From positions 5,164-69,163 of IMG/VR virus record IMGVR_UViG_3300004369_000012: a DNA stretch of 64,000 nt, one strand, 5' to 3'. Below, in pieces: positions 41,685 to 51,074 of the stretch (position 1 is its first letter; every line of letters starts with the position of its first letter). Origin of the DNA: a virus. The notes under the pieces were generated by a model. That model made no database searches. It was given only the letters and a program-made list of their open reading frames with translations, and was not told where the DNA came from. The translations under genes were made by a program, and so were the position numbers.

Positions 41685-42253
41685 GCGCATCACAACCACT
41701 TAAAGTTTTTAGTATTGTCGGACCAATTTCTAGTAATAACTCTACTCGTGTTACTGGGGATCGATACATTGTTAGAACTGGTCTACTACACGTTTCTGCT
41801 GCCGCAGGTAATGATGGTGGACTAGTTGGTGTTTGTAACACTACGACTTCCAATGTAGGTGTTACTTCTATCCACGTGAATAAGGCGGATGACGTTCTTC
41901 TTAGATACGCTCACCCAAAACAAGCGAAGATTACTGGTATCACAACTGGAGCACAAACCACTCTGATTATTGATAGTCAGGATACTAAGTTTACTGTAGA
42001 GGATAGAATTACTATTCTTGGTTCTTCGGTTGGTATTTACAATACTACTCTACAGCATGTACAGGTCGTATCTGTAATTGGAAGTCAACTTTCTAATAAT
42101 TACCAAACCAAGATTGTTGTTGACGCAGATACTAGTTCGGGTCATGCAGCATTTACTGGTGTTGCAACAGCATATAAATCGGTAATTCCAGTTGTAAAAC
42201 CAGAGTCCAGCAACGGTTGTGAAGCATACTTCGCAGAGGTACAACTAGCATGA
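41681..42253 (+). CDS. Hypothetical beta-rich protein in the head module (190 aa)
   Basis: ATGA coupling at both ends; lies between the gp67-like gene and g21. Confidence 0.65.
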   Translation: MSASQPLKVFSIVGPISSNNSTRVTGDRYIVRTGLLHVSAAAGNDGGLVGVCNTTTSNVGVTSIHVNKADDVLLRYAHPKQAKITGITTGAQTTLIIDSQDTKFTVEDRITILGSSVGIYNTTLQHVQVVSVIGSQLSNNYQTKIVVDADTSSGHAAFTGVATAYKSVIPVVKPESSNGCEAYFAEVQLA

Positions 42254-42897
42254 AACTAATCACAGAAGAAATCGAATCGGTAGAAATTATTACCGAAGAA
42301 CAAAACGGCAAAAAAACTCTGTATATTCAGGGTCCTTTTCTGCAGTGCGAAATCACTAACCGCAATGGTCGCATGTATCCCATGCAAACCATGGCAAAGG
42401 AAGTTGCTCGTTATACTGAATCTTTTGTGAATAAGGGTCGTGCTCTAGGTGAACTTGGTCACCCCGATGGTCCTTCCATCAACCTTGATAGAGTATCTCA
42501 TAAAATTGTTGGTCTTTATCAAGAAGGTAACAATTTTATCGGTAAGGCGCAAATTCTTTCCACACCCATGGGTAAGATTGCATCTTCTCTTCTTGGTGAA
42601 GGTGTAAAACTCGGTGTCTCTTCTAGAGGCATGGGTTCCATCTCTTCTAAAAATGGCGTGAACATCGTTGGCGAAGACTTTATGCTGGCAACTGCTGCTG
42701 ATATTGTAGCAGATCCTTCCGCACCTGATGCATTTGTTGACGGCATCATGGAAGGTAAAGAGTGGGTTTGGGAAGGAGGAATCCTTCGCGAAGCACGTTG
42801 TGAGCAAGTTAAGAAGCAAATTAATACCCTAGTTGACCAGAAAATGCTTGAGGCAAATAAACTCCGCCTCTTTGGCAATTTCTTGTCAGATATCTAG
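42250..42897 (+). CDS. g21: Prohead protease gp21
   Basis: MKLITE, NRNGRMYP, RALGELGHP, LGVSSRGMGS, DIVADPSAPDAFV. Confidence 0.96.
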   Translation: MKLITEEIESVEIITEEQNGKKTLYIQGPFLQCEITNRNGRMYPMQTMAKEVARYTESFVNKGRALGELGHPDGPSINLDRVSHKIVGLYQEGNNFIGKAQILSTPMGKIASSLLGEGVKLGVSSRGMGSISSKNGVNIVGEDFMLATAADIVADPSAPDAFVDGIMEGKEWVWEGGILREARCEQVKKQINTLVDQKMLEANKLRLFGNFLSDI

Positions 42898-42900
42898 GTT

Positions 42901-42908
42901 TATAAATA
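42901..42908 (+). promoter_or_regulatory. Late promoter TATAAATA for g22/g23
   Basis: Full T4 late consensus in the intergenic region. Confidence 0.8.
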
Positions 42909-42953
42909 ACTTAAGAACAATAACGGAATAATTACTTCGGAGCAGTTCATCAG

Positions 42954-43991
42954 ATGAGTAACGATCTACACGAAATGGAGAACCAGGTAACAAGAGGCGC
43001 TGCAGCCGCTGAACCTATGCAAAAAGTTTCGGGTTATGTTCCCGATGCTGGCAGTATTGAAGATCTGGGTGGTCCTACTCCCCAGAACAGCAAGCCTACT
43101 GATGATAGCAACAAGTTGGCAACCCCAACCAAAACTATCAAGCAGGTTAAAGATGTTGTAAACAAGGGTGCAAAACCCGCTGACCCCATGCCCAAGGCTC
43201 CTGCTTATGCAGAAGAGACCGAAGAGGAAGAGGGTACAGAAGAGGAAGTCTTTGCAGAACAGCAAGAAGAAACTCTAGAACTTGACCTCGAAGAAGATGT
43301 AAATGCACTTCTTGAAGGCGAAGAACTCTCCGAAGAGTTTAAAGAAAAAGCAACTATCGTCTTTGAAGCAGCAGTCCGTTCTAAGATTGCTGGTATTCAA
43401 GAGGCACTTGAAGCGCAGTACAATGCTGCACTTCAAGAAGAGATCGAATCTATGAAGAGCGATCTAGTTGAGCGTGTTGACGCTTACCTAGAGTACGTTT
43501 CTGAAGAGTGGATCTCCGAAAATGAACTCCAGATCGAATCTGGAATCAAGGCCCAAGTAGCAGAAGACTTCATGTCTGGTCTCAAGGGTCTTTTTGAAGA
43601 ACATTATGTGTACATCCCTGAAGATAAATACAATGTGCTAGATGCTATGGTAACCAAGCTTGATGAGATGGAAACCAAACTCAACGAGCAGATTGATAGA
43701 AACGTTGCACTGAACAAACAACTTTCTGAGTCTGTCTCTGGCAATATCCTCGATGAAGTATCTGGGGGTCTTGCACTGTCCCAAAAGGACAAACTCGCTT
43801 CTCTTGCAGAGGGCGTTGAGTTTGCTAGTGAGGAACAGTATCGTGAGAAACTGGTGACTCTACGTGAGTCATATTTTCCAACCCAGACTGCAACGGAGAC
43901 TTCTGAGCAAGTCCTTACCGAGGAGGCAGTCGTAGATCATGGTTCGACAATGAATGCTTATCTGAGAGCACTCACTAAGTATTCTAAGTGA
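42954..43991 (+). CDS. g22: Prohead scaffolding protein gp22
   Basis: Acidic coiled coil; EDLGGPTP, LSEEFKEKA..VFEAAV, LRESYF, M.AYL.AL. Confidence 0.92.
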   Translation: MSNDLHEMENQVTRGAAAAEPMQKVSGYVPDAGSIEDLGGPTPQNSKPTDDSNKLATPTKTIKQVKDVVNKGAKPADPMPKAPAYAEETEEEEGTEEEVFAEQQEETLELDLEEDVNALLEGEELSEEFKEKATIVFEAAVRSKIAGIQEALEAQYNAALQEEIESMKSDLVERVDAYLEYVSEEWISENELQIESGIKAQVAEDFMSGLKGLFEEHYVYIPEDKYNVLDAMVTKLDEMETKLNEQIDRNVALNKQLSESVSGNILDEVSGGLALSQKDKLASLAEGVEFASEEQYREKLVTLRESYFPTQTATETSEQVLTEEAVVDHGSTMNAYLRALTKYSK

Positions 43992-44033
43992 TTATAATTA
44001 ACACTTTCAAGTAAAAAACGGAGACACAAAGCA

Positions 44034-45440
44034 ATGTTCATGTCTGAACAGTTGCAGAAAAAGTGGGAACCTCTCCTTAACGCTGAAGGTCTTGAGCATA
44101 TCAAAGATCCTCATCGTAGAGCGGTTACCGCAGTTCTGCTAGAAAACCAAGAATCTTTCCTTCGCCAGGAGCGTGCGCTTCTAAGCGAAACCCCTACAGT
44201 CAACACCGACCCCGCAGGTAGCGGCAACCCTGGTTTCTCGGGTAGTGCAGCAACCTCCCCCGTCGCTGGTTTTGACCCCGTTCTGATCTCCCTGATCAGA
44301 CGTTCTATGCCCAACCTGGTTGCTTATGACCTGGCTGGTGTTCAACCAATGAACGGTCCTACTGGACTGATCTTCGCAATGCGTTCCCGCTACTCTTCCC
44401 AGAGTGGCACCGAAGCACTGTTCAACGAACCCGATTCGGCGTTCTCTGCACAGAACAACAATGCTTACAACCTCACCCAAGGTGATTACACTGGCGGTAC
44501 TGATGGTGGCAGCAGCGTTGGTTTCGGTACAACTGCACAGAGCGGTGTAAACCCTGCAGCACTAAATGGTGGCGCTGCAAACTCGTATAACGTTGGTCAA
44601 GGTTTCAGAACTTCTGAACTAGAAGCACTAGGTGACAACACCACCACCAACGACTTCAACGAGATGGCTTTCTCGATCGAGAAAGTTACCGTTACTGCAA
44701 GATCCAGAGCACTCAAGGCTGAGTACTCCTTGGAACTAGCACAAGACCTTAAGGCAATCCATGGTCTAGATGCTGAAGCGGAACTCGCAAACATTCTCTC
44801 CACAGAGATTCTTGCTGAGATCAACCGCGAAGTCATCAGAACCATCTACAAGGTTGCTGAAGCTGGTGCTCAGCAGAACGTTGCAACTCAGGGTGTATTT
44901 GACCTTGACGTTGACTCCAACGGTCGCTGGATGGCAGAGAAGTTCAAAGGTCTTCTGTTCCAACTAGAGCGCGATGCTAACGCAATCGCACAAAGAACTC
45001 GTAGAGGGAAGGGCAACATCATCCTCTGCTCCGCAGACGTTGCTTCCGCACTCTCCATGAGCGGTGTTCTAGACTACTCCCCCGCACTCAACACTGGTCT
45101 CCAGGTTGATGACACTGGTAATACCTTCGCTGGTACTATCAACGGTAAGTATAGAGTCTACATCGACCCCTATGCTGCTAACCTAAGTGCTGATCAGTAC
45201 TACGTTATCGGTTATAAGGGTACTACTCCTTACGACGCAGGTCTCTTCTACTGCCCCTACGTTCCTCTCCAAATGGTTCGCGCCGTTGGTCAGGACACCT
45301 TCCAACCCAAGATTGGTTTCAAGACCCGCTACGGCATGGTCGCGAACCCCTTCGCACAGGGCACAGAGCAAGGTTTCGGTGCAATTGCTGCAAGCAGCAA
45401 CCGTTACTACAGACGTGTCAAGGTTGCAAACCTCATGTGA
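44034..45440 (+). CDS. g23: Major capsid protein gp23
   Basis: FDPVLISLIRRSMPNL, GVQPMNGPTGLIFAMR, SRALKAEYSLELAQDLKAIHGLDAE, FQPKIGFKTRYG. Confidence 0.98.
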   Translation: MFMSEQLQKKWEPLLNAEGLEHIKDPHRRAVTAVLLENQESFLRQERALLSETPTVNTDPAGSGNPGFSGSAATSPVAGFDPVLISLIRRSMPNLVAYDLAGVQPMNGPTGLIFAMRSRYSSQSGTEALFNEPDSAFSAQNNNAYNLTQGDYTGGTDGGSSVGFGTTAQSGVNPAALNGGAANSYNVGQGFRTSELEALGDNTTTNDFNEMAFSIEKVTVTARSRALKAEYSLELAQDLKAIHGLDAEAELANILSTEILAEINREVIRTIYKVAEAGAQQNVATQGVFDLDVDSNGRWMAEKFKGLLFQLERDANAIAQRTRRGKGNIILCSADVASALSMSGVLDYSPALNTGLQVDDTGNTFAGTINGKYRVYIDPYAANLSADQYYVIGYKGTTPYDAGLFYCPYVPLQMVRAVGQDTFQPKIGFKTRYGMVANPFAQGTEQGFGAIAASSNRYYRRVKVANLM

Positions 45441-45459
45441 TATCGGGTCACATACTTTC

Positions 45460-45485
45460 AGGACTCCTTCGGGAGTCCTTTTTTT
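45460..45485 (+). terminator. Rho-independent terminator after g23
   Basis: AGGACTCC-TTCG-GGAGTCCT plus T-run (cUUCGg tetraloop). Confidence 0.92.
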
Positions 45486-45492
45486 ATGTCCA

Positions 45493-45498
45493 TAAATA
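45493..45498 (+). promoter_or_regulatory. Late promoter (ATAAATA)
   Basis: Immediately after the g23 terminator. Confidence 0.65.
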
Positions 45499-45513
45499 AT
45501 CAAAAAAGTTGTT

Positions 45514-45609
45514 ATGAGGTACGTAGTAACTGGTGTCATAGATAATATAGATTATCCTACTTTTAAATCTGCCTGGGAGATTGCAGATAATCATCAAAAA
45601 CGCAAATAG
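45514..45609 (+). CDS. Possible 31-aa peptide MRYVVTGVIDNIDYPTFKSAWEIADNHQKRK
   Basis: Fills the gap between the late promoter and g3; promoter-ATG spacing is like that of other late genes; no clear RBS. Confidence 0.4.
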   Translation: MRYVVTGVIDNIDYPTFKSAWEIADNHQKRK

Positions 45610-45614
45610 TACTA

Positions 45615-46202
45615 ATGGCGCTCGATCAACCAAGTCCTAAATCATCTTCATGTATCTCTAATCATCCAGAAAGTCCCAACTTTCTAGCAATTACGGGATT
45701 TAGATTTATTATCCATAAAGCAAGAAAAGTATCGTTCTATTGCAACTCCGCCAATCTACCTGGAATCAATCTAGGAAGTGCTATTCAAGCAACCTATTTG
45801 AAAAACATTGATGTTCCTGGTGATAAAATAACTTATCAAGATTTGGTAATTAGATTTCTAGTAGATGAAAATATGGAGAACTATCTCCAAATTTATGACT
45901 GGATGACTGGACTTGGTTATCCCGAAGAAGTTAAGCAATATCAAGACTTGAAAGGCAATTCAAAATATTTCCCATCTAGATCATCTAGGGATCCTTTCAA
46001 TGAGCGTTCGGATGCAACTCTGCAGATTTTGACCAGCAATTATAATGTTAACACAGAAGTCATTTTTAAAGACGTTTTTCCTTCTGCTTTAACACCACTA
46101 ACATTTGATGCGACTGTTCAAGATCAGCAATACTTGACAGCAGAAGCAACATTCAAGTATACTATTTACGATATCTACAATAGTGACGGTGAAAAAGTAT
46201 GA
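45615..46202 (+). CDS. g3: Tail tube terminator / completion protein gp3
   Basis: NFL...GFRF, ANLPGI.LG, VPGDKI.Y.DL.IRFLVDENMENY, SDATLQIL. Confidence 0.9.
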   Translation: MALDQPSPKSSSCISNHPESPNFLAITGFRFIIHKARKVSFYCNSANLPGINLGSAIQATYLKNIDVPGDKITYQDLVIRFLVDENMENYLQIYDWMTGLGYPEEVKQYQDLKGNSKYFPSRSSRDPFNERSDATLQILTSNYNVNTEVIFKDVFPSALTPLTFDATVQDQQYLTAEATFKYTIYDIYNSDGEKV

Positions 46203-46633
46203 GCGTAAACCTTGACACCATCCAATCGATGTGGTCAAAGGATTCTGTAATGAACGAGGATGATCTAGGGTTTGAGTCCTTAAGGATACCACAACTTCAT
46301 GCAAAATACTTTGATCTTTATAATACACTAACACTACTACGCAAGCAGGCAGAAAAAAGAAGACAGCAAATTGACCTAGAGAGATATAAGTACTACACTG
46401 GTAAAGCAGACGCAGAAGTTTATGTTGAAGAACCATTTCCTTACAAAGTAAGGGAAAAGGATGCTATTCAACGTTACATGCTCAGTGATGAAAAACTTTC
46501 AGATGCAAAGTTAAAAGTGGAATACTTTGACGTAATGCTTTCATATCTTGAAGAGATTATTAAACAGTTGTCTAATAGGACTTTTCAGATTAAGAACGCG
46601 ATTGAATGGGCACGCTTCCAGACAGGCGGATAG
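46199..46633 (+). CDS. uvsY: Recombination mediator UvsY
   Basis: ESLRIPQLHAKY, YYTGKAD, RTFQIKNAIEW.RF. Confidence 0.9.
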   Translation: MSVNLDTIQSMWSKDSVMNEDDLGFESLRIPQLHAKYFDLYNTLTLLRKQAEKRRQQIDLERYKYYTGKADAEVYVEEPFPYKVREKDAIQRYMLSDEKLSDAKLKVEYFDVMLSYLEEIIKQLSNRTFQIKNAIEWARFQTGG

Positions 46634-46643
46634 ACGGTCTAAC

Positions 46644-46649
46644 TAAATA
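46644..46649 (+). promoter_or_regulatory. Late promoter (CTAAATA) for uvsW
   Basis: Intergenic; T4 uvsW is also late-expressed. Confidence 0.6.
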
Positions 46650-46672
46650 CCTTTAGGTGAATTTTATGATTG

Positions 46673-48133
46673 ATGTCTGATCTAGTCATAACTAAGAAAA
46701 ACGAAGTATTCCTAAAGGTTGAAGCAGAACCTCACGTCTACTACGAACTATCTGATCAATTTACTTTTGATGTACCTGGGGCTAAATTTATGCCTCAGTA
46801 TAGAAATAAGTATTGGGATGGAAAGATCAGGTTATTTAATGTTCAGACTGGAGAAATATACGCTGGACTAATCGACAAGTTAGTATATTTCTGCAAAAAT
46901 CATAATTATAAGTTTGAATTCGTCGAGAACAAGTATTACGGACTACCCTACGAAGAGACTGAGATCGTATCTAGGGAAGGTGTGGAAGAATATATTAAAA
47001 GTATTTCTAAGTATAGTCCAAGAGAATATCAGGTTGATGGTGTCTATGATGCACTAAAGAGCAACCGTAGATTGATTGTATCACCAACTGGTAGTGGTAA
47101 GTCAATGATGATTTACTCTGTCACAAGATATCATGTGGAGAAAGGTAGAAGGGTTCTACTGGTTGTCCCCACTACATCTCTTGTTGAGCAGATGTACAAG
47201 GACTTTGAAGACTACGGATGGGATGCCGAGGAGCATTGTAACAAGATCTATTCGGGTAAAGAAAAAGACACCAATCATGATGTCACTATTACAACGTGGC
47301 AGTCTATCTACAAACTAGATCGTAAGTGGTTTGCTAAGTATGATGTAGTGATCGGTGACGAGGCGCATCTTTTTAAGTCTAAGTCGTTGATCAGCATCAT
47401 GACCAAGTTAGCAGATGCTAAGTATCGATATGGATTTACTGGAACACTTGATGGCACACAGACTCATAAATGGGTGCTAGAGGGACTGTTTGGACCATCA
47501 TACAAGACTGTCAATACTTCTGAGTTGCAGGAAGCAGGTCATCTTGCAAAATTAAATATTCGCATTTTACTACTACAGCATCACCCTCAAAAATTTGAAA
47601 CGTATGAGGATGAGGTTCAGTATCTTATCGGTCATGAGGTAAGGAATAAGTTTATTAGAAATCTAGCATTAGATCTGAAGGGAAATACTTTGATTCTCTA
47701 CAGTAGGGTTGCTGCTCACGGACAGCAATTATATGACTTGATAAATAATCAACAGGAAGGACAAAAGGTGTTCTTCATTCATGGTGGTGTAGACGTTGAG
47801 GAACGAGAAGAAGTAAGAAGAATCACGGAAGAAGAAAACAACGCGATTATCATTGCATCTTACGGAACTTTTTCAACTGGAATCAACATTAAAAACCTAC
47901 ACAATTTGATCTTTGCATCACCCTCTAAATCTAGAGTCCGAAATCTACAGTCAATCGGCAGAGCACTAAGAAAAAGCAATTCAAAAACCAAAGCAGTTCT
48001 TTATGATATTGCTGATGACTGTACCCATCAGTCGAGAAAAAACTATACTCTCAATCATCTTATAGAACGAGTAAAAATTTATAACGAAGAAAACTTTAAT
48101 TATGATATTGTCAAAATCAATCTCAAAAAATAG
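46673..48133 (+). CDS. uvsW: RNA-DNA/DNA helicase UvsW (SF2)
   Basis: SPTGSGKS, DEAH, GFTGT, QSIGR.LR motifs. Confidence 0.95.
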   Translation: MSDLVITKKNEVFLKVEAEPHVYYELSDQFTFDVPGAKFMPQYRNKYWDGKIRLFNVQTGEIYAGLIDKLVYFCKNHNYKFEFVENKYYGLPYEETEIVSREGVEEYIKSISKYSPREYQVDGVYDALKSNRRLIVSPTGSGKSMMIYSVTRYHVEKGRRVLLVVPTTSLVEQMYKDFEDYGWDAEEHCNKIYSGKEKDTNHDVTITTWQSIYKLDRKWFAKYDVVIGDEAHLFKSKSLISIMTKLADAKYRYGFTGTLDGTQTHKWVLEGLFGPSYKTVNTSELQEAGHLAKLNIRILLLQHHPQKFETYEDEVQYLIGHEVRNKFIRNLALDLKGNTLILYSRVAAHGQQLYDLINNQQEGQKVFFIHGGVDVEEREEVRRITEEENNAIIIASYGTFSTGINIKNLHNLIFASPSKSRVRNLQSIGRALRKSNSKTKAVLYDIADDCTHQSRKNYTLNHLIERVKIYNEENFNYDIVKINLKK

Positions 48134-48577
48134 ATGGAAGACAACAACTTAGAGTTCTATGGTTCTATTAAACTAGTCACTGGAGAGGAAATCTTCGGTA
48201 GTATCTACGTGGATGAATCTGAAAATCCCCCAGAACAATTAGTCATTACAGATCCTATCTGTTTGAAAATGATTAATGCTGGTGGTGTAGATGTAGGATT
48301 CAAAATAGAACCATGGATGAAATTTACTACAGAAGATATCTTTGTAATTAAGATGACTCAAGTAATTACTATCTCTGAAGTTACAGATAGTAAAATACTA
48401 GATACTTATCAAAGGTATCTAAATAGTTCATCTTTTACAACCAAGTCTTTATCCAATAAGACTTCTAGTAGATCTAATCCTGATATTACTAAGGATATGG
48501 GTTATGTATCCTCTGTAGAGTCTGCTAGAGAGTTATTAGAAAAGATCTATGATGCTGAGGACTCTAAAGAGCTTTAA
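48134..48577 (+). CDS. Conserved hypothetical, Sm-like N-terminus (147 aa)
   Basis: IKLVTGEEI..., PWMK, MGYVSSV..AR..LEKIY; conserved position between uvsW and g55. Confidence 0.75.
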   Translation: MEDNNLEFYGSIKLVTGEEIFGSIYVDESENPPEQLVITDPICLKMINAGGVDVGFKIEPWMKFTTEDIFVIKMTQVITISEVTDSKILDTYQRYLNSSSFTTKSLSNKTSSRSNPDITKDMGYVSSVESARELLEKIYDAEDSKEL

Positions 48578-48609
48578 AGCTAATATTCATCTTTACCCCT
48601 GACAGAGTA

Positions 48610-48638
48610 ATTCTACTGAAGTTCAGAGGAGTTGTCAA
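48610..48638 (-). promoter_or_regulatory. Antisense sigma70-type promoter TTGACA-N17-TAGAAT
   Basis: The minus strand reads TTGACA actcctctgaacttcag TAGAAT. Confidence 0.65.
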
Positions 48639-48661
48639 GCCCCTTGAAAGTGTGTTATAAT
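48632..48661 (+). promoter_or_regulatory. Sigma70-type early promoter for g55 (TTGTCA-N18-TATAAT)
   Basis: TATAAT at 48656-48661 preceded by TG; its -35 overlaps the antisense -35. Confidence 0.6.
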
Positions 48662-48692
48662 AAGATCATGAACTGTGTGAACCCAAAGGACA

Positions 48693-49169
48693 ATGAAAGT
48701 AATGGCAAGAAAGCGTTCAGAGCATTACGTTGACAACAAACAGTTTCTTACTGCACTGATCGTGTACAAGAAAAAGGTTGCTGAGTGTAAAGAGTTGAAT
48801 CAGGATCCTCCTAGGATCGACAACTACTTGGGTGAGTGCTTCTTGAAGATCGCCACACACCTATCATACAAACCAAATTTCGTCAACTACATGTTCAAGG
48901 ATGACATGATCTGTGATGGGATTCAGAACTGTGTGCAATACATCAATAACTTTGATCCAGCAAAGTCTACAAATCCATTTGCTTATTTTACGCAGATTAT
49001 CAACTATGCTTTCTTGAGAAGAATTCAGAAAGAGAAAAAGCAACTAGATATTAAACAAAAAATTATTGAGCGTTCAGGATACGACGAAGTATTCACCTCT
49101 GATGAGCATGGTGATTACTCTAGTTACAACACCATCAAAGATTCTGTCCAGCATAGATTTGGTAAGTAA
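48693..49169 (+). CDS. g55: Late transcription sigma factor gp55
   Basis: HYVDNKQF, YLGECFLKIATHLSYKPNFVNY, NPFAYFTQI..YAFLRRI.KEK. Confidence 0.95.
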   Translation: MKVMARKRSEHYVDNKQFLTALIVYKKKVAECKELNQDPPRIDNYLGECFLKIATHLSYKPNFVNYMFKDDMICDGIQNCVQYINNFDPAKSTNPFAYFTQIINYAFLRRIQKEKKQLDIKQKIIERSGYDEVFTSDEHGDYSSYNTIKDSVQHRFGK

Positions 49170-49172
49170 TTT

Positions 49173-50213
49173 ATGAAGATTGCCATTATTAGTGATCAAC
49201 ATTTTGGGTTTAAAAAAGGTTCTAAAATTTATCATGACTTCTTCTTAAAATTTTATGAAGAAGTCTTTTTTCCTGTAATCGATAAACTGGGAATCACCAC
49301 GATTGTTGACATGGGTGATACTTTTGATAGTCGTAAGGGTATTGATTTTGGTGCTCTTGCTTGGGCAAAGGATAATTACTATGATCCCCTAGCACAACGT
49401 AACATTACAATCCATACTATTGTTGGTAATCACACTGCATACTACAAAAATACGAATGAGGTCAACGCTGTTGATTTGTTGTTGAGAGAATATGATAATG
49501 TCAAAATCTATGCTGAGGCAGAAGAAGTTAAACTTGGAAATCTGAATACACTATTCATTCCCTGGATTAACTCAGACAACTCTCAGAGCACCTACAAGAC
49601 CATCAAACAGAGTGATTGTAGGATTGCTATGGGTCACCTTGAATTAAACGGTTTCAGGGCGCACAGAGGGCATATCATGGAAGATGGTCATGATGCTAAG
49701 ATCTATGAGAAGTTTGATAAAGTCTTCAGCGGTCACTATCACACGAGATCTGATGATGGCAGAATTTTCTATCTAGGAAATCCATATCAAATGTTTTGGA
49801 GTGATGTCAATGACAAACGTGGATTTGTTATTTTTGACACAGAAACACTAGAACATAAGTATCTCAATAACCCAAATGAGTTGTACAAGATTGTAAGATA
49901 CAACAACACTCCAAGACAAACATTTAAGTATCAAGAGTATGCTGGGAAAATTGTCAAGTTAATTGTTGAACAGAGAGATAGTCATAAAGAGTATGAAAAA
50001 TTTGTTGACGGATTTGATAAAGTTGATCTTGTAGATCTAAACATAGTTGACCAGACAGTTAATATTGCTGACGCTGAGTTGAATGTTGATGAGTTTGAAG
50101 ATACACTGTCTATCTTGGACAAGTATGTTGATGAACTGGAATTTTCTCTAAGTAAATCAACTCTAAAAAGTATCTTGAGAGAGACATATCAGGAGGCATG
50201 TAATGTCACCTAA
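49173..50213 (+). CDS. g47: Recombination endonuclease subunit gp47 (Mre11/SbcD-like)
   Basis: SDQHFG, MGDTFD, VGNH, GHLE, SGHYH metallophosphoesterase motifs. Confidence 0.95.
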   Translation: MKIAIISDQHFGFKKGSKIYHDFFLKFYEEVFFPVIDKLGITTIVDMGDTFDSRKGIDFGALAWAKDNYYDPLAQRNITIHTIVGNHTAYYKNTNEVNAVDLLLREYDNVKIYAEAEEVKLGNLNTLFIPWINSDNSQSTYKTIKQSDCRIAMGHLELNGFRAHRGHIMEDGHDAKIYEKFDKVFSGHYHTRSDDGRIFYLGNPYQMFWSDVNDKRGFVIFDTETLEHKYLNNPNELYKIVRYNNTPRQTFKYQEYAGKIVKLIVEQRDSHKEYEKFVDGFDKVDLVDLNIVDQTVNIADAELNVDEFEDTLSILDKYVDELEFSLSKSTLKSILRETYQEACNVT

Positions 50214-50808
50214 TTTTATTTCGGGGTCTTTTATAGACCATGATGTCTGTGATGGAGTTATTGATTTTTTTGAGAGTAATGTAGAGCACCAGTTTCCTGG
50301 TCTAATGGGTTGCGGCCATGTTCCAGAATGGAAAGATTCTACGGACATACAGATTCATCCAGAGAATAATGATCCTCGTATAATTGACTACAAAAATGCC
50401 CTGGAATTGGTCATGCTGGGATATGTTAATCAGTTTCCCTGGGCAAGTAATGATCACGGCGCATGGAGAATAAACGAATCGTTTAATATCCAAAGATATT
50501 TTCCAAATCAAGGATTTCATAAGTGGCACACAGAAAGAAACTGTGCTGATGGATCAAACCCATTTCGCCATCTAGTCTTCATGACATATCTAAATGATGT
50601 CGCTGATGGGGGAGAGACTGAATTTTTACATCAGGAATTGAAAGTAAAACCTGAAAAAGGTCTAACGATTTTATGGCCTGCTGATTGGACTCACGTTCAT
50701 AGAGGCATTCCTTCTCCAACACAAACTAAATACATCACCACAGGTTGGTATGGATATGATTCTGATAGATATGATTACGAATACCACAACGAACTCTCAT
50801 TGAGATAA
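50203..50808 (+). CDS. 2OG-Fe(II) oxygenase
   Basis: WHTE, FMTYLNDV.DGGETEF, WPADWTHVHRG, KYITTGW. Confidence 0.88.
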   Translation: MSPNFISGSFIDHDVCDGVIDFFESNVEHQFPGLMGCGHVPEWKDSTDIQIHPENNDPRIIDYKNALELVMLGYVNQFPWASNDHGAWRINESFNIQRYFPNQGFHKWHTERNCADGSNPFRHLVFMTYLNDVADGGETEFLHQELKVKPEKGLTILWPADWTHVHRGIPSPTQTKYITTGWYGYDSDRYDYEYHNELSLR

Positions 50809-51074
50809 TGTATATACTAACTCTCCAGGGAAAAGAAGATGAAGGTGCATACGCAGTTAAGAACTCCCTAGGGGAGAAGGTTCTGTTTATGTTTGAGGAG
50901 ATGGATGATGCTGTTCGATATGCTCTTCAATTGGAGGACATGAATGGTGAGAAGATGCATGTATTGGAAGTTGAGGGAAAAAATGCTATAATGAGTTGTG
51001 AGAAGGCAGGATATGAGTACGCTATTATTACACCTAATGACATTGTGATTCCACCTGACGATCTAGATGATTAA
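50808..51074 (+). CDS. Conserved cyanophage hypothetical protein (88 aa)
   Basis: EGAYAV...FEE.DDA.RYA..LE, IT.NDIVIPP; usual position between g47 and g46. Confidence 0.8.
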   Translation: MYILTLQGKEDEGAYAVKNSLGEKVLFMFEEMDDAVRYALQLEDMNGEKMHVLEVEGKNAIMSCEKAGYEYAIITPNDIVIPPDDLDD

